From contig CAVXYC010000014.1 in NCBI GenBank assembly GCA_963765765.1, positions 192,001 to 256,000 of the forward strand: 64,000 nucleotides of DNA, given 5' to 3'. The translations under genes and the position numbers were made by a program. The notes under the pieces were generated by a model. That model had not been told where the DNA came from and did not search any database. It saw only the letters and a list, made by a program, of their open reading frames with translations. This document shows positions 39,895 through 48,276 of this stretch, piece after piece (position 1 is the stretch's first letter; the number at the start of each line of letters is the position of its first letter). This DNA is from an uncultured Chloroflexia bacterium (lineage in GTDB: Bacteria; Chloroflexota; UBA6077; JACCZL01).

Positions 39895-40557
39895 ATGTCC
39901 GGATCTCACGCCATTGCGATCGTCTTCGACCTCGACAATACACTGGTGCACTCTAAGATCAATTTTCCCGCAATGCGCCAGCGAGTTATCGACGTTGTCC
40001 GAGACAGCGACCTACAGGTTCAGCATGACGCTCCGCTGACATCTCTAGCGACTGCCGAGGTCATCGAGCTCGGGCTTCAACACGGTGCAGCGCCGGAGAT
40101 GATGGCTCAGATCTGGACAGCCGTCACGGAGGAGGAGACGCTGGGGATGGAGCTGGCGAGCGTTGAGGACGACGCGGCGGACGTCCTGCACTCGTTGAAG
40201 TCGACCGGTGTCGGTCTTGCCGTATTGACTAACAATGCGCGACGGGCCGCCGCTGCGGCGCTGGAGCGATTTGACCTGCTTCACTATCTTGACGTTGTGC
40301 TAGGCCGAGATGACGTGTCGGCGCTGAAGCCCTCACCGGCGGGCCTCCTCCACGCGGTGAAGATTCTTGCACCTACCAGCGTGGCTATGGTCGGCGATGC
40401 GTCAATCGATGGCATTGCCGCCAATCGGGCTGGCGTTCCGTTCATCGCGTTCAGGCCCACGGTGGCGGACATGGAGCGGCGCGGTGTGGAGCGCTGGGCT
40501 ACCATTCATGATCTTTCGGAAATCGCTACTCTCCTGCCGCGCCTGCGGGATCGGTAA
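39895..40557 (+). CDS. HAD family hydrolase
   Basis: FDLDNTL, LTNN, KPSP, VGD...D. Confidence 0.88.
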   Translation: MSGSHAIAIVFDLDNTLVHSKINFPAMRQRVIDVVRDSDLQVQHDAPLTSLATAEVIELGLQHGAAPEMMAQIWTAVTEEETLGMELASVEDDAADVLHSLKSTGVGLAVLTNNARRAAAAALERFDLLHYLDVVLGRDDVSALKPSPAGLLHAVKILAPTSVAMVGDASIDGIAANRAGVPFIAFRPTVADMERRGVERWATIHDLSEIATLLPRLRDR

Positions 40558-40664
40558 GAACCAAATCGTCCCCGCGACTGAAAAAGCAAAGAAATGTACC
40601 ACGGAGGCCGGCCGCATCTGCTATCATGACGTCGTTCTATTTCAGACATTGAACGATTGCGTCT

Positions 40665-40690
40665 AGGGGCGGCCCGTAGGGTCGCCTTTT
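40665..40690 (+). terminator. Hairpin plus U-tract in the greA upstream region (terminator or REP-derived)
   Basis: AGGGGCGGCCC-GTA-GGGTCGCCTTTT. Confidence 0.5.
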
Positions 40691-40805
40691 GTGGTCACTG
40701 AGCCGACCACCAGCTGGCAGGGACGAGCCGCCAATCCGGCACAAGTCTTGCGCAAAGCGGGCGCAACCCTCAGCGGGACGTGCACATGGACGTTGGAGAT
40801 TGAGA

Positions 40806-41276
40806 ATGACAGCTTATTCGCAGCGCGCAATAACCCAAGGGGGCCTCGAGCGACTCGAAAAGGACCTCGAGCGGCTTCGGAGCGTCGATCGCCCGAGCCT
40901 TGCCGCGCGACTCCAATCCGCACGCGAAACTCCGGGCGATCCAGGTGACAACCTCGAGTTCCTCGAGGCTCAGCAGGATCTGGCCATGCTTGAGGGTCGT
41001 ATTGCCGAGCTCGAAGTGGCCATCGCTAACGCTTGGGTGCAAGAAGCTCCGAGCGACGGCACCATCGGTGTTGGCTCCAAGATCGTCGTGCGCGACAGCG
41101 ACGGCGAAGAGGACCACTACACGCTGGTAGGCTCCGCTGAGGCAAATCCGCGTGACGGACTTATCTCTGTTGAGTCACCCGTGGGACGCGCGTTGCTGCG
41201 TGCCGTGAAGGGTGACACGGTAGAGGTGGAGACCCCTTCCGGCCACCGCAAGCTCGAGGTGCTCGGGGTCAGCTAG
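40806..41276 (+). CDS. greA: GreA/GreB family transcription elongation factor
   Basis: Coiled coil with tip GDPGDNLEF, RIAELE, ISVESPVGRALL; ATG 40806. Confidence 0.85.
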   Translation: MTAYSQRAITQGGLERLEKDLERLRSVDRPSLAARLQSARETPGDPGDNLEFLEAQQDLAMLEGRIAELEVAIANAWVQEAPSDGTIGVGSKIVVRDSDGEEDHYTLVGSAEANPRDGLISVESPVGRALLRAVKGDTVEVETPSGHRKLEVLGVS

Positions 41277-42768
41277 TCGCAAAAGATCTCGAGAACGCGG
41301 AGACCTCAGAGACATCCATTTCTGAGGTCTCTCTTGTTTCTGGAGTATCTTGAGTCTCATCCAGACTTGCAAGCCGAGTCGCTCGCACCAACAGAGCGGC
41401 CACGTACCAGAACAGTGCCACGGCATGCGGGAATGCGTGGTTTGCCCAGTAATGGTCGAAGAGGCCGGAGACTAGCGCTGCGATGAACGCACTCTGGAGC
41501 GAGATCACCAATCCGCGAGGATCACGCCCAGACGTTGCGCTGAACCGCAACGATGGAACCAGCACGCTGGCAATCGCGACCAAGTACGCCGCGAATCCGA
41601 GGAGCCCAGTTTGCTGCGCCACCAGCAGATACTGGCTGGACACCCCGGGGAAAAGTCCCAGTCGCGGGGACGCTCCGAACCCGATCCCCAGAATTGGGTA
41701 CGCCTGGATGATCTCGAACGCATTGCGATATTCACTCAATCGCAATGCCGAGGCTTTGTCACGGGCTTCGAACCCTGAGATCACCCGCGCAATCAGCCCT
41801 CGACCGAACGGCGTCATCACTACCGCCACTGCGCCCAGCGCCCCCAGAATCCAGGCCTTTCGATACCGCAATGTGGCCATCCAGCCAAGCGCAACGACGA
41901 TCCCGAGCCAGGTCGCGCGAGAGTGCGTGGCAATGAGGCAAGCTAACACCAGCACTATCGCCGGCGCCAGGGCGGCTCGGGGGAAGACTGGTTTCCGCGC
42001 AAATAGTTGTCCCAGCATCACCGCGGCCACAATCAGCAGCATGCCCGCGAACACGTTGGGATCGATAGATGTCCCCGTGGCTCGCAAGATATCGGTGTAG
42101 GTATCGTTCGGGCCCGGCAGAAAGCGCAGAATCTCGCGACCCCCCGGATACCCGAGAACTTGCAGGCGGGAGAGCAGCGAAACTTGCCCATCGGGCGACT
42201 GAAGGTAAAGCGCCAGACCGACGACCGCCGCCAGAACGCCACAGACGATCAACGCCCGGATGTGCTTGACGAGCGATTCGGCCTCCCTCACAAGGTTGAA
42301 GGTCACAACAAAGAAGAGCGTGCTCAGGAGCAGCTTGAGAAATCGGCGTAGCAGCTCCGGTGTGTACGCGTACGGGGCCGAAAACACGAACGACGCGACG
42401 GAGATTGCGCAGAAGACAAGAAGCGCAATCCCGGCGGGTGGAAGCTCGACACGCTCACCGAGCTGACTTGCCCGAGCGATCCAGCCGATCAGCAAACAGG
42501 CCAGCACAACGTCCAGCGCCGTGAGCTGAATTCCGAATCGCACCGGCACGACCGCGAACGGCAAGAGCGTGACCAGCGCAACGAATCCGAATAGCCCTAC
42601 TCGCGGCATCACGAGCAGAATCGCGACGCCTAACAGGCCAGGAAGAATCGCCGCGGCGGCAATCGGCGGCATCGCGAAGGGCAGCCAGGCGGCGCTTGCG
42701 CCCGCTGCGACGGCTAGAAAGATGACGATTGGCGGCCAGCCAAGTGATGCTCGAATAAGCGAAGTCAA
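41269..42768 (-). CDS. O-antigen ligase (Wzy_C) family membrane protein
   Basis: Polytopic; RATGT..DPN, THSRATW, PILGIGFG, FDHY. Confidence 0.85.
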   Translation of the reverse strand: MTSLIRASLGWPPIVIFLAVAAGASAAWLPFAMPPIAAAAILPGLLGVAILLVMPRVGLFGFVALVTLLPFAVVPVRFGIQLTALDVVLACLLIGWIARASQLGERVELPPAGIALLVFCAISVASFVFSAPYAYTPELLRRFLKLLLSTLFFVVTFNLVREAESLVKHIRALIVCGVLAAVVGLALYLQSPDGQVSLLSRLQVLGYPGGREILRFLPGPNDTYTDILRATGTSIDPNVFAGMLLIVAAVMLGQLFARKPVFPRAALAPAIVLVLACLIATHSRATWLGIVVALGWMATLRYRKAWILGALGAVAVVMTPFGRGLIARVISGFEARDKASALRLSEYRNAFEIIQAYPILGIGFGASPRLGLFPGVSSQYLLVAQQTGLLGFAAYLVAIASVLVPSLRFSATSGRDPRGLVISLQSAFIAALVSGLFDHYWANHAFPHAVALFWYVAALLVRATRLASLDETQDTPETRETSEMDVSEVSAFSRSFATS

Positions 42769-43976
42769 ATTGCCTGACCCGTAGCGGGCATATCGATGAC
42801 CGATGTGTAGACATCACAGACGGCAGCTGCAATTCGTGGCCACTGAATTCGCTCACTGGCCTTTTTTGCGCCATTCGAGATTGCTGACCGCAGCGACTCG
42901 TCTTCCATGAGTCTCACGATGGCGTCGGACAGGGCACCGGCATCCCGTGGCGGGACGAGTAAGACGCTGTCCCCCGATTCGAATCCAGGAATCCCATTCC
43001 GCCCGTTGGGCTGAAGTGTCGTGATAATCGGCCTTGCGTGCACGAGCGCCGCGGTCAACGAGCTTCTTCGGAAGGAAGCACCATCGTCAAACGGAAACAC
43101 AAGCGCATCGCAGCGTTGCAGCTCCACCGAGACGTCGTGCAATGAGAGTGTCCCCGTGCGTTCGATGCATCTGGATAGACCCAGGTGGTCGATCTCCTGC
43201 TCAACAGAGGCGCGCGTCTGGCTGTTGGTCGGGTCGGCATCTCCGAGCGCATCACCAATGAGCACGAGTCGGAGCTGCCGCTTTTGCCGCACGAGCTCGG
43301 ACGCCGCTTCGAGCAGCGTGCTGACGCCCTTGCTGGCGTTCATGAACCCAAAATATCCAAGACGGAAAGGCTCGTCATTGTCATGATGACCCTTCTCCTG
43401 AAATGGAACAACGGGTACCCCGGACCCAATGGGTACAAGCGCGTGCTCGGGCCGGGCACCGGCCCAATGTCGATCTCCATCATCGGCAAATATCGCCGCG
43501 TGGCTCTGGTCGATCATCCAATGTGTCACAACCTCTCGCACACGTCCGGCCCTGGGGAAAAGGTAAGGCAAGCGGACATCGTGGCACGTCACCACGACTC
43601 GCGCCCCGGGCCGCCGCCAACGCAGCCATTTCGGAAGAAAGTTGATCGCCGGGTGCATCCCGAAGGCGGCTGTTTGATACTGGATGTGGACGATGCACGG
43701 CCCAGATCCGATCCGCTGGGCCACCGCGTTCAGAAGGATCCAGCGATCCACGCCACTCGACAACCGCTCGACTGGCACCGTCGATTTCACGCCGCTCGTG
43801 GTGATGGGATGATCGTTGCCAACCAGCACAACCACATTGAGGCCCACCGACTGCAGACTCTCGGCGAGCCGAGCGGTGTAATCGGCTATTCCGCCAACGC
43901 GAGGCGGAAATTCGCCAGTAAGCAGAAAGATTGGCGGAAAGTTGGTCAATTCTTTGGCGCAAGTCCCGCGCGCCAC
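42765..43976 (-). CDS. Glycosyltransferase family 4
   Basis: GGIADYT, HIQYQ, YFGFMNASKG, DGASFRRSSL. Confidence 0.88.
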   Translation of the reverse strand: MARGTCAKELTNFPPIFLLTGEFPPRVGGIADYTARLAESLQSVGLNVVVLVGNDHPITTSGVKSTVPVERLSSGVDRWILLNAVAQRIGSGPCIVHIQYQTAAFGMHPAINFLPKWLRWRRPGARVVVTCHDVRLPYLFPRAGRVREVVTHWMIDQSHAAIFADDGDRHWAGARPEHALVPIGSGVPVVPFQEKGHHDNDEPFRLGYFGFMNASKGVSTLLEAASELVRQKRQLRLVLIGDALGDADPTNSQTRASVEQEIDHLGLSRCIERTGTLSLHDVSVELQRCDALVFPFDDGASFRRSSLTAALVHARPIITTLQPNGRNGIPGFESGDSVLLVPPRDAGALSDAIVRLMEDESLRSAISNGAKKASERIQWPRIAAAVCDVYTSVIDMPATGQAI

Positions 43977-44464
43977 TGATCCAGCACTTGATGAAGGTGT
44001 GCAAATGCAAGGTTGCTCGGCAGCTCATCCGGCCCGAACCACCGCAGCTCGGCTACGTCATCCTGGGCTCTGGGCTCTCCCTCTGTCGCATCTGCAACGA
44101 AATAGATATTCAATGTGTATATAGAATCATCGCCATCGCCGTATCGATCGATGAACATCCCGAGCATTCCTCGTGGCTGAACGCTCAGTCCCGACTCTTC
44201 CAGCAGCTCCCGCACAGCACCGGTCTCTGGGTCCTCACCCGCCTCGAGAAAGCCGCCCGGAATGTCCCAGTAATCCTTCATCGGCTCAACGGCGCGTCGG
44301 GACAAGAGGACCCGCCCGTCGCGGATCACGACCGCGCCGGCGCACGGCTTCGAGTTCTCATAAAGCGGGCGACCGCACCGCGTGCAGTCAAATCGAATGT
44401 TCCGCCCCTGGGTCGCGTTGTGCAGCGTACCCCCGCAATGCGAGCAGAATTGGTAATGATGCAA
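43946..44464 (-). CDS. NUDIX hydrolase with N-terminal zinc ribbon
   Basis: FCSHCG..CTRCG; PGGFLEAGE.....AVRELLEESG. TTG start inferred. Confidence 0.88.
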   Translation of the reverse strand: MHHYQFCSHCGGTLHNATQGRNIRFDCTRCGRPLYENSKPCAGAVVIRDGRVLLSRRAVEPMKDYWDIPGGFLEAGEDPETGAVRELLEESGLSVQPRGMLGMFIDRYGDGDDSIYTLNIYFVADATEGEPRAQDDVAELRWFGPDELPSNLAFAHLHQVLDQWRAGLAPKN

Positions 44465-44489
44465 AGCGCGCCCTAAGCTCCCAACAACA

Positions 44490-45440
44490 TTATGTCGATA
44501 ACAGCCGACCCGCCTGCCAGCGCACCACGTCAGACCACATGCCAATCCGTGCCCGACGAATCTCGCGCTTGTGACCAAGGGCCAGCTTCAGCGACTCTTC
44601 CGCAAGCTGAAATGCCGATGCCCCGAAGAGGAACCAGCGCAGGGCAAGCGAGACGGAGAGTCCGTGCCACTTCCGAGCATAGCGGCACTTGCTCTCATTG
44701 AATTCACACTGCCGGCGTGTTGGCACCTGCTCGCTGCTCTGTCCTCCCAGATGCCGGGCGTGCGCTTCGGGTTCAAAGATGACTGACCAGCCTGCTTGCT
44801 TGAATCTTCGGCACCAGTCCGTTTCTTCGAAATACATGAAGAAGCGCTCGTCGAAGCCTCGGACTTGCTCCAGCGCCGTACGACGTACCAGCAAACACGC
44901 GCCGACTAACCAGTCGGTCTCCTGCGCTACCTGATCGCTACGGTCCAGTACGTAGTAGTCCCGAAATATCCGATGGGTCGGCGAGAGCATCTGCTGAAGT
45001 GGCGTGCTCTCAACGAACAAGCTTGCCGTCGTCGGAAATCGGCGCCTTGTTGACTGGACGCTACCATCAGCATCCAGGACCAGCGGACCCGCCATCGCCG
45101 CACGGGGGTTCCGCTCGAGTGAAGCGACAAGCCGTTCCAGCGCGGATCCCTCTATCTGTGCATCAGGATTGAGCAGTAGTACGTACTCGCCCCGCGCCCG
45201 TGACAACGCGAGATTGTTCGCTCGGCCGAATCCAAGATTGGTTTCATTGGAAATGACGCTCGCTCGAGGAAACTCCGCCCGGACCATCTCCGCCGAGCCG
45301 TCGTCTGATGCGTTGTCAACGACGAAGGTCTCAGTCACGAGCGGCGACGCCGCCACTGATGCCAAGCTCTGCCGCAACAGATCGCGAGTATTCCAGCTCA
45401 CGATGACAACCGAGACCACCGGCTCCTGAGGCATGGCCAA
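44490..45440 (-). CDS. Glycosyltransferase family 2
   Basis: VIVSWNT, VDNASDDGS, NLGFGRANN, LLNPD, FDERFFMYFEETD. Confidence 0.92.
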   Translation of the reverse strand: MAMPQEPVVSVVIVSWNTRDLLRQSLASVAASPLVTETFVVDNASDDGSAEMVRAEFPRASVISNETNLGFGRANNLALSRARGEYVLLLNPDAQIEGSALERLVASLERNPRAAMAGPLVLDADGSVQSTRRRFPTTASLFVESTPLQQMLSPTHRIFRDYYVLDRSDQVAQETDWLVGACLLVRRTALEQVRGFDERFFMYFEETDWCRRFKQAGWSVIFEPEAHARHLGGQSSEQVPTRRQCEFNESKCRYARKWHGLSVSLALRWFLFGASAFQLAEESLKLALGHKREIRRARIGMWSDVVRWQAGRLLST

Positions 45441-45518
45441 TGTTACAAGGAGCGAGAGGTGAGATCAGAGCCGTCCTTGACCTCTCGCCTCTCGTCTAGA
45501 TCCTGTAGGCTGAAGCTA

Positions 45519-46373
45519 ATGACGCCGTCAGCCACGCCGACTCCCACGGTTCGTAAGTCATTTACCCGATTCCAGGGCGATGTGCCGATCTCAGTTGACG
45601 AGGAAGTGATCGGCGAAATCCGCTTCACCGTCTTTCTCGATGGCAAAGAGCTCATCACCTTCATGTGCTCCGCCTGGAAACTACGCGAGCTCGTGCTTGG
45701 CTTCCTTTATCTAGAGGGCTTGATCGAGAGCATGGACGACGTCACGATGCTGCGCATCTGCCCGGAAGATCGATTGGCGGAGGTGCAGCTACGCGGACCG
45801 GTCCGCGTTCCTGAAAGAAAGATTTTGACTTCGGGATGCAGCGGAGGGGTGAGCTTCGGCAAGTACCTGAAGGAGATCGAGCGGTTTCGCCTGGAATCGG
45901 CCCGAACCATAAGCGCGCAGACGATCTATACGACCATGACGTCGCTGTACGCGAATGCCTCGCTGTATCACCGCGCACGTGGAGTGCACACATCGGTCCT
46001 GGTACGCAGCAACGGAAGTATGGCAGTGGCCGAAGACATTGGTCGACACAACACTCTCGACAAGATCCAGGGACAGTGTCTGGTGGAATCTCTGGCACCG
46101 CGAGACGGATTGATCCTTAGCTCAGGTCGTATCTCTTCGGAGATGCTCCTGAAGTCGGCCATCATGGGTATTCCGGTGGTGGGCTCGAGAACTTCCCCCA
46201 CGGAGCTCGCGGTGACACTGGCTGAACGCCTCAACATCACGGTGATCGGATATATTCGACCAACCACGATGAACGTCTACAGCCATCCCTGGCGGATTCG
46301 CGGCGAGACGAGCGCGCTGAACAGATCCGTCGTGACTGATCCCCCGAAAGTACGCGCATCAAGCCCGGTCTAA
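45519..46373 (+). CDS. fdhD: Formate dehydrogenase accessory sulfurtransferase
   Basis: TSGC, GVH, EDIGRHNTLDK, SGRISSEM. Confidence 0.92.
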   Translation: MTPSATPTPTVRKSFTRFQGDVPISVDEEVIGEIRFTVFLDGKELITFMCSAWKLRELVLGFLYLEGLIESMDDVTMLRICPEDRLAEVQLRGPVRVPERKILTSGCSGGVSFGKYLKEIERFRLESARTISAQTIYTTMTSLYANASLYHRARGVHTSVLVRSNGSMAVAEDIGRHNTLDKIQGQCLVESLAPRDGLILSSGRISSEMLLKSAIMGIPVVGSRTSPTELAVTLAERLNITVIGYIRPTTMNVYSHPWRIRGETSALNRSVVTDPPKVRASSPV

Positions 46374-46376
46374 TCT

Positions 46377-47426
46377 TTGGCCGCCTTCATCTATCTGCTT
46401 CACGGCTCTGATCACTTCTCGCGTGACGAGCAAGTCCGCGCGCTTAAGGAGAAGATGCGCGCCCTACCGGCCGGTGAGCACAACATCAGCGACCTGCGTG
46501 GCTCGGAGACATCTCAAGGGGAAGTGCTGGAGGCATGTAGCGCTGCGCCCTTTCTCGCTGATCGCCGCATGGTCATCGCAGAGGGCTTGCTAGCGCGTTC
46601 ACAGGGTGCAAGCACTGGACGGCGCCGTAAGAAAACCGACACTCCTGACGGGGCCGCGCTCTTCGACGCGTTGCAAGGTCTGCCCGAAACTACAGCACTC
46701 GTTCTCGTAGAAGAACAAGCAGACAGCACCATCATGAACGAGCTGCGAAAACGCATCCCGAGCGAACGTCTCGTGGAGCGCGCCTTCGGGCAACGGGACG
46801 ACATGGGCTCATGGATTCGTCAACGCGTCCGGGCCGGCGGAGGATCGATTCAGCCAGACGCGGTCCGACAGCTTCTTCAGATCGCCTCGGATGACACCGC
46901 GCTCATGGCCAACGAGATCGACAAACTGCTCGCCTATTGTGGAGATCAACCCATCAGCGCATCCGATGTGGATGAGCTCGTCACGATCAATAGCGAGCTT
47001 TCAACCTTTGCGCTGCTGGACGCCCTGGCTGCCGGGGACCGAGGAGCAGCCCTTACGGCCTATCGGCAGCTTCTACAGCAGGGTGAGCGACCTGAATCGA
47101 TCATGCCGCAACTTGCCGCGTTCGTGCGGCGCCTGTCCGTCATCCGCGCTGCACTTGATGAACAATCTTCGTTAGTGGAAGCCGCCTCTGCCGCCCAGAT
47201 CAATCCCCGCACGGTAGATCGTCTCGGGCGCCAGGCTTCTCGCTTCACCGCGGACCAGCTACGGAAGGCCTACGGACTCTTGCTCGATACCGACCTGCAG
47301 CTCAAAACCAGCGGTCGATCGCCTGTTGCAGCGGTTGAGCTGGTGATCGCCGAGTTCCCTGAACCTCAGGGGGCGTCATCAGCGGGAAATCGGATGTCCG
47401 CGAGTCGTCCCTACGGTCGGAGATAA
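46377..47426 (+). CDS. holA: DNA polymerase III delta subunit
   Basis: YLLHG, PFLADRRMVI, NEIDKLLAY, FALLDAL, D.QLKT. Confidence 0.9.
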   Translation: MAAFIYLLHGSDHFSRDEQVRALKEKMRALPAGEHNISDLRGSETSQGEVLEACSAAPFLADRRMVIAEGLLARSQGASTGRRRKKTDTPDGAALFDALQGLPETTALVLVEEQADSTIMNELRKRIPSERLVERAFGQRDDMGSWIRQRVRAGGGSIQPDAVRQLLQIASDDTALMANEIDKLLAYCGDQPISASDVDELVTINSELSTFALLDALAAGDRGAALTAYRQLLQQGERPESIMPQLAAFVRRLSVIRAALDEQSSLVEAASAAQINPRTVDRLGRQASRFTADQLRKAYGLLLDTDLQLKTSGRSPVAAVELVIAEFPEPQGASSAGNRMSASRPYGRR

Positions 47427-47469
47427 GGTAAACCGCCAGTGGCGGAATGCCTACGGCTCGTTCCGCGCG

Positions 47470-48111
47470 CTAGAACAGCGACCGCATCACCGCAACGACC
47501 TTGCCCTGGACCTGCAAGTTGCTGGGATCGACAAGGATTGGATCCATGGTGGCGTTGGCGGGCTGCAAGCGGACATGATTGCGCTCCCGATAAAAGCGCT
47601 TGAGCGTGGCCACCGAGTCCTGAGCTCCCTGATTATTGAGCAGCGCCACGACGATATCGCCATTCTGCGCAGTCTGCTGCGGGCGGATCACGACGATGTC
47701 GCCATCATCGATGAGGTCTTCGATCATCGACTTGCCCTTTACCCGAAGAGCGAAACAGCCATCTGGGACGAGCTGAGCTGAAAATTCGAGCGATTCATGC
47801 TCGCCCTCAAACGCCTCGATCGGCTCACCAGCGGCGATACAGCCAACAACCGGGACCCGTGCCAGATTCGTCGGCTCGAGAGACTGCGGCTCCGCTTCCG
47901 CTCCTGCCAGTCCGAGACCGCGCGACACTTCGCGGTCACGCCGGATGAGGCCTTCACGCTGAAGCACCCGCAGGTTGTAATCCACAACCGAGGTCGAGGA
48001 GATGTCCGCCGCGTTGCCGATCTCACGGATCGTCGGCGGGTAACCATGCTCACTCTGGTGATCGCGGATGAACTGCAGAATCCGCTTCTGGCGCTGCGAA
48101 AGACCGCGCAT
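47470..48111 (-). CDS. lexA: SOS repressor LexA
   Basis: YPPTIREIG, IAAG cleavage site, GKSM, TLKR. Confidence 0.96.
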   Translation of the reverse strand: MRGLSQRQKRILQFIRDHQSEHGYPPTIREIGNAADISSTSVVDYNLRVLQREGLIRRDREVSRGLGLAGAEAEPQSLEPTNLARVPVVGCIAAGEPIEAFEGEHESLEFSAQLVPDGCFALRVKGKSMIEDLIDDGDIVVIRPQQTAQNGDIVVALLNNQGAQDSVATLKRFYRERNHVRLQPANATMDPILVDPSNLQVQGKVVAVMRSLF

Positions 48112-48140
48112 ACTCCGACCCCTTGGCTGCCGACTCTGGC

Positions 48141-48156
48141 TAGAACACTCGTTCTA
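48141..48156. promoter_or_regulatory. LexA (SOS) box
   Basis: Palindrome TAGAAC-ACTC-GTTCTA 30 nt upstream of lexA; GAAC-N4-GTTC type. Confidence 0.88.
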
Positions 48157-48195
48157 CGGATGATAACAGCGGGCCGGAGTGATGTCAACTTGGAC

Positions 48196-48276
48196 GAGAG
48201 GTCAGAGATCAGAGGCTAGAGGTCAGGTTTGGCCCCGATGACCACTGACTCCCTGAGCTCTAGCCTCTGACCTCTC
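48196..48276. repeat. Inverted heptamer array (AGAGGTC family)
   Basis: GAGAGGTCAGAGATCAGAGGCTAGAGGTCAG ... CTGAGCTCTAGCCTCTGACCTCTC. Confidence 0.75.
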
